From Octopus bimaculoides (lineage: Eukaryota): a DNA stretch of 64,000 nucleotides. Under the pieces are notes generated by a model, which searched no databases, was not told where the DNA came from, and saw only the letters and a program-made list of their open reading frames with translations. Positions 1-15,134 of this stretch are shown here, piece after piece. A program made the position numbers and the translations under genes. Numbering within the stretch: the first letter of the stretch is position 1; each line of letters opens with the position of its first letter. The DNA is taken from assembly GCF_001194135.2 (NCBI RefSeq), contig NC_068981.1:86592448-86656447 (forward strand), given 5' to 3'.

Positions 1-321
1 CCTTGATATAAACACTCTTTTCATGAAGCGATAAAACATACTCAGATGAATATGATTTGTGTATATGTGTGTGTGTGTGTGTGTATGTGTAAGGTTTTGT
101 AATAATATTCATCAAAGTATAAAACAATGCCATTGATAAAGCAACACAGTTCTATTGAATGCAAGTAATGTTTATTAGTTTTTGTTCTTAACAATTGCAA
201 ACTAAACCATAAATACTATTACAAAGAGGTATAACATCACAGTGATTGATTATGATTATGATTATGAATACAGTTATGATTATGAATGTTATTTTAAAGA
301 AACATTTGGGATTATATTTAA

Positions 322-541
322 CCCTTTAGCATTTAAACAGGCCATATCTGGCTGAAATATTCTACTTGTTTTATGTTCAAACTGGCCAGATCTGGCCTCT
401 CACACCTACCCTATAATGTCATTCTAAAAATAATCAATAACATCATCAAAATATCAAAGCTATGAGATAATGCTTGATTAATTCAAAACAACATGAATAA
501 ACAAGTATTATATTTGACAGAGTAATCTGAATGCTAAAAAG
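322..541. mobile_element. Non-autonomous piggyBac-type MITE
   Basis: TTAA at 318-321 and 542-545 flank termini CCCTTTAGCATT ... AATGCTAAAAAG (degenerate TIR). Related partial copies at ~26150-26355 and ~36149-36380. TTAA TSD plus CCC terminus is characteristic of piggyBac. Confidence 0.7.
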
Positions 542-1419
542 TTAAATGTTCTAAAATAAAGAATTAATAAACATTTCTTCTCACCTTAATTATTGAATTA
601 AAAGAAAAACCAAGAAAAAAATAGTGAACTAAAATTACTATTAAAAACTCAATATAAGCAAATTTTGTGTTAGCGAAGTGTACATTCACAAAAAGATTTT
701 ACTCGAATTTAAACAAAGACAAATGTATAGTTTCTGAAATGTGTTAACAAAATAAAACAGACTTTTACTGGTGTCTTTTTTCATTTGTTTTATGTAATGA
801 TATCTATAATCTTACAGGATAATCAGACTACTTTCTGTACACAAAAATATATGAGCATTTGCATTATCCTTCTAAATGCAGAGTCATATATATATATGTG
901 TAGCTATTCGTTTCATCCCAAATTACCTGTCAATTCAACTACTTGGAAAGGAAAGAAGTTAAACTAACAGTGTAAACACTAACTTGAAATATAAAGTTTC
1001 TCTGGTTCTCAATACTGAAGAAGTTGACTTTAATTGCACAAAATGAAATTGATATATGTGTATGTGTGTGTGTGTGTATGCCTGTGTCTATTTGTGTGTA
1101 TATATATATGTATATAATCATAAACATGTGCACAAGTATGTGAATATATCCTGGGATTAACTACTCATGAGAATATGGCACAACTGAGAACAAAATACTC
1201 AAAATATTAATACTGATTGTGAATATGATTTAGTACAAAAGTGAGACCAACAAAAAGTATGTTGCTTTAGTTTAGAGAATCACTGTTTTAATAAAATGTA
1301 TGTGTGTGTGTGTCTCTCTCTCATTGTATGTATGTATGTATGTATGTATGTATGTATGTATGTATGCATAGGTTTGGAAAGGCAAACAGGAAATTAGAAC
1401 TCAAACATGAGTATATATG

Positions 1420-1466
<47 letters not shown>

Positions 1467-1472
1467 TTATTC

Positions 1473-1580
1473 ATATTTAGCAGAAGTAACAGAATGACCC
1501 CCTGATTTGTAACTAGTTTGACAAGTGCTAATACATGAAACTCTCAGTCTTTGAGTTACTCTGTTGCTTCTGCTAAATAT
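1473..1580. mobile_element. Short MITE with ~21-bp TIRs
   Basis: ATATTTAGCAGAAGTAACAGA at the left end and TCTGTTGCTTCTGCTAAATAT at the right end (1 mismatch). A second family member lies at 47222-47388. Confidence 0.6.
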
Positions 1581-1595
1581 TAATTATATATATGC

Positions 1596-1644
<49 letters not shown>

Positions 1645-1662
1645 CACACACACACACACACA

Positions 1663-1850
1663 CCATGGCAGTGCCACATAAACAGTGCCCAATACACTAT
1701 GTAAAGTGGTTGGTTCTAGGAAGAGCAGCCAGCCACAGAAACCATGCCAAAACAGACAATTGGAGCTTGTTGCAGGTCTCCAGCTCCTGTCAAACTGTCC
1801 AACCTATGCCGGCATGGAAAACAGACAGTAAATGATGATGATGATGATGA
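1663..1850 (+). mobile_element. SINE/RTE 3' tail remnant
   Basis: GTGGTTGG..TAGGAAG..CCAGC..AGAAACC..GCCAAA...CCATGCC.GCATGGAAA..GAC..TAAATGATGATG tail. The same tail ends the RTE copies at 24352, 28967 and 32620. Other tail-only copies at ~3672-3790(-), 7420-7680(-), 9255-9445(+), 13085-13150(+), 18705-18795(-), 49683-49835(+). Confidence 0.7.
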
Positions 1851-2963
1851 TAATATGTGTGTGTGTGTTTATATAAAGTGCAGGCTTGGTAGTGTGGTTA
1901 AAAAGTTCGCTTTGCATCATCTGCCAGCATGGGATGGATTGTTCGGCAGGATCCAGTGAGCCACAAAGTAGTACTACACAATCCAGTGCCAGCTTTAGCA
2001 TGTTTTCTGCAGCTAGATGTCTTTCCCAATGCAAACCACTTTACAATGTGTATGGGGTGCTTTTTACATGCCTCAGGCACCATGAGGTTGCAAAGCAAGT
2101 TGCAAGGCATAAAAAGAACAGAAAAGGAATAAAAAGACCCTACAACTAGGTGATGGGGAGGGGAGTATGAGGTAGGTAGGGGTGGCTTTAATCCTGGAGC
2201 TAAGAGGCTGAAGTATGATGTAGGGAAAAGCACAGATGTCTTGCTATGGTGGAGATATATGGGCTACAATACATTATATAAGGGTGAGTTGTATTAGCTG
2301 AGAATAGATAAATAAGGGGAATAAGGGAATATAAACATATTAATAAAGTTTCATAGTCATGAGTTTTTATTTGTATCTTACTTCTTTTGTTTTTACCAAA
2401 ATAATTCCAAATCTACTTCTCTATGAGTTCAAAGACAAACTGTGAATATGCTTAATCCTATGAATCAATATCTTTAAAACTTAATATTCTGTAAATACAT
2501 TTGTGTGTCTGTGTTGTGAGTAAAATTTGATAAACAGTAACTAGAAAGAAGCCTGTTGTGTGCGTGTGCATGCACACGTGTGTTTGCATGCATATATATA
2601 TTTAATATAAAATATATAACATATATAATATATCAATATATAATTTATATAACATAATATATATNNNNNNNNNNNNATATAATATATAATATATATAATA
2701 CAATATATATATATATATAATGTATATATAATATGATATATAAATATATATTATATAAGTGTCTCTGTTCCTCTTGTCATGGCATCTATGCACAAGTCAC
2801 CAACATAATTTGTGAGTTGTTTGTAATCCTCTGTGAAAGCATGTCCAGGTTGTATCTAATAAGTTTTGTCTAATCCATGTAAGCATGGAAAAGTGGACAT
2901 TACAACAATGATGATGTATACACACACACAAACATAAGGTTAATTACATATATGCATACATAC

Positions 2964-3007
<44 letters not shown>

Positions 3008-5589
3008 NNNNNNNNNNNNNNNNNNNNNNNNNNNNNNNNNNNNNNNNNNNNNNNNNNNNNNNNNNNNNNNNNNNNNNNNNNNNNNNNNNNNNNNNNNNNN
3101 NNNNNAGAGAGAGAGAGAGAAAGAAAGAGAGAGAGAGAAAGAGAGAGAGAGAGAAAGAAAGAGAGAGAAATATATATGTATATACACAAATATATAAATA
3201 CAGGGTTAACCTTCAAATTTGTCATCATCAAGGGCTCAAAATTGTTATAGTCAGTCTTGATTAAGTTGTCTATCTCAATTCCATAATACACACATACACA
3301 TTAGACAGTAAGTTCACAAAGAAGCCAACACAGGAGGGATAAGCCTTAACAAATGTTGTATTAGTTTAATGCATAAAGAGAAGGGAAAGTGTCCTGATGT
3401 TTTGGGTATTAGTCCTTCATCAGAAAAAAAACAGAAACAAAAAAAAGAGTATGGGGTCAGGATGGAATGTGCATGTATAGGAAGGTATCAATGTACAGAA
3501 ATGGGTATAGGGAGAATTGTGTGTTTGTGTGTGTGTGTGATAGGGGTGCATACAGTTTTTTGTTTGTGTGAGGGTGTGCAGGTATGTGTTGTAGTGTAGG
3601 ATAGTGTGGTATAATGGTGTGTAGGCTTGGGATAATTGTATGTGAGAAGGTTGGGGGCGATGAGAATGTGACAGATGCAGCCAGTTTTGACATGGTTTCT
3701 ATAGATGAATGCCCTTCCTAACACCAACCACTTCCTAGAGTGTACTGGGTGCTTTATTTGTGGCACTAGCACTAATGAGATTGCCATGTAACTCACAAAA
3801 CTAAAGAACACTCTCATCTGAGAAAGGGTGTAGCAGAATGGGAATTTATGCCAATTGTTGTGAGGCTGAAGTATAATAGAGGAGCAGGAATAGGTATGAT
3901 CTGGCACAAGATATACACACATGCAGGCACACACGCACACAAACACACACACACCCATCTCAGTTAATGCCTTTAAAACTCAGCTGCTTATTCTACATCC
4001 TAGTGTTCTGTCATTCATTCTAGTTAGCGTTATATAATGAATGGCACACTTTTACCTAATTTTTCTTCCAGTCACTCCAGATATTCCATATTCAATGTTC
4101 AAAATCCATTTGACTGCCACGCACTTCTACACAGTGTATGTTTCAAACGAAGTGCTATTTGCTATAGCTTTCTTCTTCTATCAGCTATGCTCTCAGTAGG
4201 ACAATCTCCCAACACTAGCTTGGTCACCGAGATAACAAAAAAGTGTGAACTATTTAATGAGATGTTTTAGCAATTGAAAGACTTCAGCTGATAGAAGCTC
4301 TGACTACTCTAGAAAGTTTCTGAACGTTTGGTTATCTGCTAATCTGTCAGACATCCTTGACAATTCGTAAAGTACATAAAGCAGCAGGAGTAACAGCAGC
4401 AGCTGGAAAGGTGGTGGTGATGATGTTGATGATTAAGAGTATTTCTTAATCAGGTATGAAATCATATGGCTATGAGTCATGAGGGAGGGGAAACATTAAC
4501 AGGTGGAGTAAAACTGACTATTGTAAGAGAACTATGGTAGCAAGTAAAGTCAATCAAACTAGAGAGTAAAACCAGATTGTGGATTTTAGCGTTTGTGGAG
4601 ATTAACACATTAAATGCTTTTCATAGAAAACATTTTAATCTACCTAATAAAAGATAGTTATCGATGTCTTAAATAAACACATACAAACATACACACATGT
4701 GTGTATATATATATATATGTATCAAATTATCTGTTTAGCTTTATATAAGTGTGTGTGTATGTGTTTTTGTTTTAAAACAAAAAGATTGACAGGGACTTTG
4801 AAGTCTCAGCTTACTTACCATCATAAGAGTGTGATTTACTTTAGTTTTTGAAGTTTAATATACAGTGGGATTTTGTTTTGTGTGGAGAGTCCATCTGATG
4901 GGTGGAATGATACATATGCAAATGAGGTATAGTGTAAATGAGTTTTACAGAAAAACAAAAGGTTGTATGAAGAGGGGTAATGGACCAATTCATGCACATA
5001 TTATGAGTTTATATGTATGTGTATATGTGTGTTTGTGAGTGTATGTGTATGGGGATGCATATATATGCACATGTCTATGTTTTATATACTCATATACACA
5101 TATCTATGCAAATATTTATGAAACTACAAGGTATGCATATAATCATACATTGGAATGTGCATGTATGGATATGAGTTGCCTTATCTCTCTCTCTCTCTCT
5201 CTGTATATATATATATAATTAAAAATACACATTAAGTACAGGACATCACCAGCAAGGGAAAAATATGTAAATACAAGACAGATATGTAAAGGACAAGTAC
5301 AAAAAATACACATTAAGTACAAGATATTACTAACAAGTGAAAAATACGTAAACACAGAGATAAATACATACATGCACGCATATGTATATCAGAATGTTTT
5401 GTTACAAACACATCATGTACACCAGAACAGAAAATTTATAATAACCCAACCATTTTTATAAAGCAAATTGAAAATTTACTTAGACACAAACATTTAACCT
5501 AATCTACTAACTTTGATCTATGCTCAAAGACAATTCCAGCCTGTTGCATCTATATTGTATGATGATACTGCTACATTAATCATTGGATA

Positions 5590-5940
5590 TGACACCCTCC
5601 TGTATAACTTAATTAACTATCCAAGTGATCATGTATCCTATCTCACCAAATATCTTGAGGATTTCTGCAATTATCCCTGATGGATTTGCAGATTTCCTTC
5701 TCATGTCCTCAATCACTTTATCTAACAAGCTACTATCAATTTGAATTGCTGGTCCCTCTGTAGGGTGAGCATGACATAGCCCCTTTTTATCCCATGCATT
5801 TCCCACATTCACCAGCTTCTCACACTTCTTGCCAATGATGTTTTGGGTCTCTCTTATACACTGCTTTGCAGTTCTGGACACTTCATGTCTTTGATCCTCA
5901 CATTCTAAGACATGCAATTCTTTTTTTTTTTGCCTCACCT
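5590..5940 (-). mobile_element. RTE-clade LINE ORF2 fragment (degenerate)
   Basis: The 5609-5938 translation contains PTEGPAIQIDSSLLDKVIEDM...PSGIIAEILK, homologous to the younger RTE pieces at 23.1 kb and 27.7 kb. Confidence 0.75.
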
Positions 5941-6374
5941 GTCACCTAACTGCTCTTCTAGCCATTTGATAAGGCTCTCAACTTCCACCTTGGAACATAG
6001 GCATTGAATGATGATGATGATGACAACGATGATAAGCTATATATATAATGTTTGTTTTTAAGTAAGTTATACATAACAACAGTTTAATATTGAATTGATG
6101 GATCACTCAATAATTTATATTGAGTGACCTTGTATATGTACTTATATATATACATATATGCATATTAGTGAGTGTATACACACACACACATACACATATA
6201 TATATGTACTTGTATACATATATATATGTGCATGTGTGCATATAATGCAAAATATATGCATACAAATATATATGTAAAATATATATACACACAAACACAA
6301 ATATGCTTGTATGTATGTATACACATACACATATATCAATATATTCATATTAACAGGTAAGTTGGTGGCAAAAC

Positions 6375-6409
<35 letters not shown>

Positions 6410-8687
6410 TATATACATACATATATATGTATACACATACACACACAAACGCACATACATACACTCATACACTGCTGTGTTTTGGAAGAGATGTATCAAT
6501 TAAAGCCTATAAATACAGTCACTGATGGACATTTGTATTTGTTTATATTTTCAACAAAGCTTTTTCGATGTATCAATCCTGTGGCCAAAGGATTAATGTG
6601 AAGGAAAAAATTTTGGGGTAAATGGGAAAAAAAAATAGACAATCAAGTGTCTTTATAGGCTTTAATTATATGACTTTTCCAAAATTTAATAATATTGTTT
6701 GCAATGATAACAAACCAAAATTCTTACAAAAGAAATTCAGACATACATACATGCATTCTCCACATTCACCAGTCTCTCATAACACTGCATATATACCTAC
6801 ACACACACACACACACACACACACAATTCTAACCTAATACATATGTGTTCATGTATATGTGTAGGTGTGTATGATTCTTTTTTTTAAACTGAATCTCCAA
6901 GCAGATAAAGTTCTAAATTATAGCATGTAACTAGTGCATCAAAAAAAAAAAATCTTTTAAAACCCTTTGAACAGAAAATGTTGAAGGCTGCCCATGAAAC
7001 TCAAACCAACATCTGTAAACATGAAAGGTGTTCTACCATTGAAGACCAAAACAATCCTTCACATTTCTCAATCCATTTTAGAAATTTTATTCTTACCAAC
7101 AAGAATTGTATGTTGTTGATGTCAGAAGAATTTAGAAAGTTCTAGAGATGAAATAATTCATTTCTGGAACGGTGAATCCCAAAGCAGATACAGCTATAAA
7201 TAATAGCATGTAAATATTGGGCTGAAAACCCTTTTGGATAGAAAAAGTCAAAGGCTACCCATGGGACTCAGACTTACATCTCTAAACATGATATGTTTAC
7301 ATGCTATTGTTCATAACGTTATCTAGTCTGAGATTCACTGTTCCCCACCAAAAAAGAATGACTTCATTACTTCATCTTCTCTCGAACTTTATAAATTCTT
7401 GTAATGTCCACAATATATTATCATCATTGTTTAATGTCCGTTTTCCATGCTGGCATGGGCTGGACAGTTAGACAAGAGCTGGCCAACCAGGAAGCGGTCC
7501 AAACTCCAAATTGTCTGTTGTGGCATTTTTTCTACAGTTGGATGCCTTTCCTAATGCCAACCACTTCACAGAGTGTGCTGGGTGCTTTTTATGTGCCACT
7601 GGCATGGGTGCATTATACAGCACCAGCATGAGTGCATTTCATGTGGCACCAGCACCTGTAAAGGACAAGCCTGTATAAAAGTAATATATATATATATATA
7701 TATCTCTATGTGGCTCGTGTGTTCTCGTCTACGTTTGTTTGCAATGTCCTGTACCCAGATATGCACCTATACATACAGGTGGATGTCGGTATGCACATAC
7801 CTGTACGTATATATGCATATACTCATTTACTTTTGTTTTTACATGATTGAACGCAGCGTCTCACAAAAATTGTAAGTAGTTCGTAAACTTATCCTCCGAC
7901 GCTACTCTATCTCTTTCTCTTTCTCTTTCCTTNNNNNNNNNNNNNNNNNNNNNNNNNNNNNNNNNNNNNNNNNNNNNNNNNNNNNNNNNNNNNNNNNNNN
8001 NNNNNNNNNNNNNNNNNNNNNNNNNNNNNNNNNNNNNNNNNNNNNNNNNNNNNNNNNNNNNNNNNNNNNNNNNNNNNNNNNNNNNNNNNNNNNNNNNNNN
8101 NNNNNNNNNNNNNNNNNNNNNNNNNNNNNNNNNNNNNNNNNNNNNNNNNNNNNNNNNNNNNNNNNNNNNNNNNNNNNNNNNNNNNNNNNNNNNNNNNNNN
8201 NNNNNNNNNNNNNNNNNNNNNNNNNNNNNNNNNNNNNNNNNNNNNNNNNNNNNNNNNNNNNNNNNNNNNNNNNNNNNNNNNNNNNNNNNNNNNNNNNNNN
8301 NNNNNNNNNNNNNNNNNNNNNNNNNNNNNNNNNNNNNNNNNNNNNNNNNNNNNNNNNNNNNNNNNNNNNNNNNNNNNNNNNNNNNNNNNNNNNNNNNNNN
8401 NNNNNNNNNNNNNNNNNNNNNNNNNNNNNNNNNNNNNNNNNNNNNNNNNNNNNNNNNNNNNNNNNNNNNNNNNNNNNNNNNNNNNNNNNNNNNNNNNNNN
8501 NNNNNNNNNNNNNNNNNNNNNNNNNNNNNNNNNNNNNNNNNNNNNNNNNNNNNNNNNNNNNNNNNNNNNNNNNNNNNNNNNNNNNNNNNNNNNNNNNNNN
8601 NNNNNNNNNNNNNNNNNNNNNNNNNNNNNNNNNNNNNNNNNNNNNNNNNNNNNNNNNNNNNNNNNNNNNNNNNNNNNNNNNNNNNNN

Positions 8688-8718
<31 letters not shown>

Positions 8719-9067
8719 ATTTTCCCCTACCTTGCAGACAATCACTTCTTGACAAACCTCTCCCCCACATCTCATCTTCTCAGCATCCCCTTTTCCTCCA
8801 CCCATGCCCACCATCTGGTGTACCCCCACCCCTCTATCTCCCAATCACCCTTGTTGAATCTCTTTCCCACAACACATCCTCCTAACAAACCCCTCCCACT
8901 ATTTCTGTCCATTCACTACATTCCCTTCCCACTGTCTCCAATACCCTTTTACAATAACCTACTCACCTTACCCAATCTTTGGCCCTTTACTTCACTTATA
9001 TACACCTCCTTGTAACTTGAGTGTACTCCACCATAGACTATTTTCTCTCTCCCTCCCTCCACTCTTC

Positions 9068-9103
<36 letters not shown>

Positions 9104-9624
9104 AATACTGAGACAGTCATGTATCTTCTTTACTGCAAGACATATTTCTGTACCTCTACTCATAGTCTAACCTCTAATCTGGCACAAAGCCACCCTCCTC
9201 AATACTACTTCCTATCTCAGCTGAGGAGTCTTGTTTTGTAAATTATTTGATGACCTCACTATTGCTGGTGCCATGTAAAAACTACTCAGTACACTCTATA
9301 AAGTGGTAAGCTTTAGGAAGGGCATCCAGCTGTAGAAACCATACCAATGCAGACAGAACTTGGCATAGTCTTTTGACATGCCAGCTCCTGTCAAACCATC
9401 CAACCCATGACAGCATGGAAAACAGACGTTAAATGATGATAATGAAGATGAGATATAAGGGAGTGCAAGTGTGTGTGAAAATACAAACAAATAGAAAAAA
9501 AATGTAAAGATACCAATATCTAGAATTTATATATAACAATTTTCTTGTTTACAAGTATATGCAGGTACAAGCCACTCACAATTTTCATTACTATACATAT
9601 GTATCCATATCTCATATTTGTGTA

Positions 9625-9669
<45 letters not shown>

Positions 9670-9771
9670 AATATAAATAAAGAACAACACTAAGCAAATG
9701 AGAACTCAATGTTAATTTGCAGAGTTGACTATATTCTTTGAATAGCTGGATATTTTGTATGACAGAGTATC

Positions 9772-9812
<41 letters not shown>

Positions 9813-9820
9813 TTACATGT

Positions 9821-9855
<35 letters not shown>

Positions 9856-10788
9856 NNNNNNNNNNNNNNNNNNNNNNNNNNNNNNNNNNNNNNNNNNNNN
9901 NNNNNNNNNNNNNNNNNNNNNNNNNNNNNNNNNNNNNNNNNNNNNNNNNNNNNNNNNNNNNNNNNNNNNNNNNNNNNNNNNNNNNNNNNNNNNNNNNNNN
10001 NNNNNNNNNNNNNNNNNNNNNNNNNNNNNNNNNNNNNNNNNNNNNNNNNNNNNNNNNNNNNNNNNNNNNNNNNNNNNNNNNNNNNNNNNNNNNNNNNNNN
10101 NNNNNNNNNNNNNNNNNNNNNNNNNNNNNNNNNNNNNNNNNNNNNNNNNNNNNNNNNNNNNNNNNNNNNNNNNNNNNNNNNNNNNNNNNNNNNNNNNNNN
10201 NNNNNNNNNNNNNNNNNNNNNNNNNNNNNNNNNNNNNNNNNNNNNNNNNNNNNNNNNNNNNNNNNNNNNNNNNNNNNNNNNNNNNNNNNNNNNNNNNNNN
10301 NNNNNNNNNNNNNNNNNNNNNNNNNNNNNNNNNNNNNNNNNNNNNNNNNNNNNNNNNNNNNNNNNNNNNNNNNNNNNNNNNNNNNNNNNNNNNNNNNNNN
10401 NNNNNNNNNNNNNNNNNNNNNNNNNNNNNNNNNNNNNNNNNNNNNNNNNNNNNNNNNNNNNNNNNNNNNNNNNNNNNNNNNNNNNNNNNNNNNNNNNNNN
10501 NNNNNNNNNNNNNNNNNNNNNNNNNNNNNNNNNNNNNNNNNNNNNNNNNNNNNNNNNNNNNNNNNNNNNNNNNNNNNNNNNNNNNNNNNNNNNNNNNNNN
10601 NNNNNNNNNNNNNNNNNNNNNNNNNNNNNNNNNNNNNNNNNNNNNNNNNNNNNNNNNNNNNNNNNNNNNNNNNNNNNNNNNNNNNNNNNNNNNNNNNNNN
10701 NNNNNNNNNNNNNNNNNNNNNNNNNNNNNNNNNNNNNNNNNNNNNNNNNNNNNNNNNNNNNNNNNNNNNNNNNNNNNNNNNNNNNNNN

Positions 10789-10819
<31 letters not shown>

Positions 10820-13000
10820 ATGTATAAAACATATACAGACACATGTATATGTGCACGTATGTGTTTCTCATAAGCAAATGATAAATTGCTCATTAAATTA
10901 TTGAGTATAATTATGTATTGAATGCAGCTAGTAGCTTTTGGATTGGTAGTTAGAATTTTATGAAGTGTGCATCATGTGCAACTTGAAGTGCAAATACAAA
11001 AGGTACGAACTGCATACTATATATATTGTGGTTATTGGTAGCTTCAGAACCTAATAGTGACATGCTATTTTTAATCTCCAGCTGGGAATTGTCAGACTGA
11101 GAATTCCCAGCCCAGAATGAAACTGCTGGTCACTATGAGGGAGTGAACTTTGGAATTTCCATAAAAAGAATGTTTACTCAACAAAGCAATAGAGTTCTCT
11201 TTTTCTTAGTGATAGTAATACACAGTACATGATAATTACTTTTCTTTGTATGTTTACACACACATGCATGTATGCACACACATATACATATATGTTTGAA
11301 TCCTGCAGGAAATGTTACAACTTTGATTTGATTTTAGATACATATGTATATTAGGAGCAACAAATGAGAGAAAAATTAGAATATTTATTTAAGTTCCTTG
11401 GCTGAAAGAAGACAGTTTTACCTGGCAGTCTGCAAAACTGTCATGACTCTCATGCAAGGACACTGCCAGTGTTGTGTTACTTGACCAAATTGTGTGTGTG
11501 TGTGTGTGTGTGTATACACACACACACGCATATATANNNNNNNNNNNNNNNNNNNNNNNNNNNNNNNNNNNNNNNNNNNNNNNNNNNNNNNNNNNNNNNN
11601 NNNNNNNNNNNNNNNNNNNNNNNNNNNNNNNNNNNNNNNNNNNNNNNNNNNNNNNNNNNNNNNNNNNNNNNNNNNNNNNNNNNNNNNNNNNNNNNNNNNN
11701 NNNNNNNNNNNNNNNNNNNNNNNNNNNNNNNNNNNNNNNNNNNNNNNNNNNNNNNNNNNNNNNNNNNNNNNNNNNNNNNNNNNNNNNNNNNNNNNNNNNN
11801 NNNNNNNNNNNNNNNNNNNNNNNNNNNNNNNNNNNNNNNNNNNNNNNNNNNNNNNNNNNNNNNNNNNNNNNNNNNNNNNNNNNNNNNNNNNNNNNNNNNN
11901 NNNNNNNNNNNNNNNNNNNNNNNNNNNNNNNNNNNNNNNNNNNNNNNNNNNNNNNNNNNNNNNNNNNNNNNNNNNNNNNNNNNNNNNNNNNNNNNNNNNN
12001 NNNNNNNNNNNNNNNNNNNNNNNNNNNNNNNNNNNNNNNNNNNNNNNNNNNNNNNNNNNNNNNNNNNNNNNNNNNNNNNNNNNNNNNNNNNNNNNNNNNN
12101 NNNNNNNNNNNNNNNNNNNNNNNNNNNNNNNNNNNNNNNNNNNNNNNNNNNNNNNNNNNNNNNNNNNNNNNNNNNNNNNNNNNNNNNNNNNNNNNNNNNN
12201 NNNNNNNNNNNNNNNNNNNNNNNNNNNNNNNNNATATATATTATCATTATTGCTTCTGGTGTTTTCTAAAGTGCATGTGCAGAAGTTTACTGTCATTTCT
12301 TCTCATTTATTCTCACACTTCCTTTGCCATTTGCAGACCACATTTATGATCAATCACTGCAAACTTTATTTAAGAACAGGATATAGTCTGTAGTGTACGC
12401 TTGCATATCACTGCCTGAGGAATATGTGTTTGCATGTGTACAAGTGCATATACACATATGGTGTATGTTTACACAAACAGATGTATACACATACGAGACA
12501 TTCAATACATATGATCCAATTTCTTTAACTTAATAAAATGTAACTATATATGTATAAGACTCCACTGAAACATAATTTTGAATATAAGTATATAACTTAG
12601 GGTTATTGATTTATATATATATATATTTATTTATATTTGCACCTTGAGTGGCATATTACTGATGATTTTTGACAGTAATCTATATGTAGATTGATCAATA
12701 TTCAACCATTGTAGGTAGAATTTTACTAAATGTGTTCATTCTGGCTTAAAAATATATTTACGTGTGAAATAGCTTTTGAATTACTAATTAGTGTGTTTGA
12801 AGTGTCTAACATAGTTTTGTTTTGTGCTCTTCACACAAGTAACATAAATTTTATTTTTGACTGTTAATCAGCTTTAGCTTCTTGTGAAACAGATTGATAT
12901 CTGTAAGGGTTCATGAATAAATTTCTAAATGCGATTACACTATTTGATACAGCTGATATTTCTGTTATTAAGCATGAAGATTACTTGTCAATTTCCACTG

Positions 13001-13061
<61 letters not shown>

Positions 13062-13725
13062 ATACATACAAATATATGTATATATGCATACAAGTCCAAC
13101 CCATGCCAGCATGGAAAACACATGTTAAAGGATGTTGATGATGATGATGATACATATGTACATAAATATATATACATATGCACACACACACACACACACA
13201 TATGTACATATACATACACACACACATATATACAAAATGGTGATTTTTTTTTTTTGAGCAAAGAGTAGATTGTGTATCCTTTGTGTATGAAGTGCAATGT
13301 TTCATGGTAGTGAGAGATGGAATCCAAATACAGAAGAGGAAAGAAGGTTGAAGAGAGATGAAGCAAATGTGCTTTACGCAATGTGTAATGTTCGGTGTGT
13401 AAGAGCAATGTGGCATAGAGGAACATAAAAAAAAAAAAAACTAGTTAAAAAGAAAGGTAACTGCATTACTAGAAACATTCAATGTGTATGGAGGATAACA
13501 CATGGGTAAAAGTGTGCCAGGAATTCCAAGTGGAAGGTAATTATAAAAGAGGAAAACCAATAGTGTCATGGCCAGAAATGATGAAAGCTGATCTTGAACT
13601 GCACAAAAGTGATTTAAAAAGCATGCAACTAATTGTGAAATGAAGTGTTGGGGAGGACTTATCCAACCATAGGAATGCGGACATAATGATGATACATATG
13701 AATTTACACATACATACAAACACAC

Positions 13726-13769
<44 letters not shown>

Positions 13770-14281
13770 TGTGTAGCTTTGCTATTCTGCTGCTCAGATA
13801 AAAACTGAAACTTGGAATTTACTTGCATAATAATGCCTGCTTGTAACACTTCAGGGCTTTCATATTACTGTAGCCAAGTTTCATGTGATAAAGCAGAAAT
13901 AAATATTTGAGTCAAATATGAAGACATTGCAAATGAAGGATATGAACAGACTAATAGATACATCTAAATATAATAATGTGTGTATTTAATGCATGCACTT
14001 GTAGATATAAAGACACACACATCTGTCTATGTCTGTCTGCCTGGCTTTCTATCTAGTCATATATATCTATATCTGTATACACACACATTCATGTGTACAG
14101 TTAATCAACATTCTAAATGTATGTTTAATATTAAACATATGTTAATTCAAATTTGTTTAAGAGATTCATTCACATACATCTAATGTCATAGTACTATAGT
14201 TACAGAAATATATAGATGTGGTATATATGCATTCATATGCATATGATTTACAGATAAATTATATATGTATTTATGGAAGAG

Positions 14282-14334
<53 letters not shown>

Positions 14335-14682
14335 AATTAAAAGAAATCATAGATAAGTAAAAAAAAAAAAAAAAATTGCCATACCTATACAATTTTTAGA
14401 TGTTTCTAATTGGATTAATTTTACTTATGTTGGTCTGTTCTTGGAAAAGCCATACATATCATGCAACCATTTCAAATGATAGGCTTCATAGAATGAAATC
14501 ATAAGCTTTAATATTATTACATACATATATACATACATATATATATGATATGCATATATGTATACATATATAACATTGTAATTATAGATTTTGTCTTTAA
14601 GTTATAAATCAAAAATTATTAAAAATAATTTTTAATATAGATAGTTTTAACACTACTAATTGATTTATATTTGTATAAGTTT

Positions 14683-15091
14683 TATTGAAAACAAGCCAAA
14701 TTATCACAGTCTGTCAGCACAAACTTATGCAAAGATGCTAACACTACATCTGTACTTAGGTTGGGGAGGTGACATCATCTCATTCTACTTCCTTCCCCAG
14801 CATATTTATCTACTACTATATTTGCCAGCCTATAAGATGCACCCCTATTTTACAAGTAGATTTTGTGGAAAAAAACAAACAAACAAACAATGTAATAAGT
14901 TTCATGAAGTACAGGAGAAATTGTATGTATACTGACTGCTGCTATAGTTTTGTTGTCATCTACTCATTTCAAATAGCTGACAGGCAGATGGAAGTTTAAC
15001 ATACCATTCAAGTTTCTGGGAGAATTCATTTAGATAATTAAAAGATGTTTCTTAAAGGTAATATATCCATTAACTAATGTAAGACATATAT

Positions 15092-15134
<43 letters not shown>

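Noticed and set aside
7861-12393. Long ORFs of 250-430 aa (also at 23.4-24.3, 37.7-38.6 and 41.4-41.9 kb)
   Set aside because: They are open only because they run through N gaps (poly-X).
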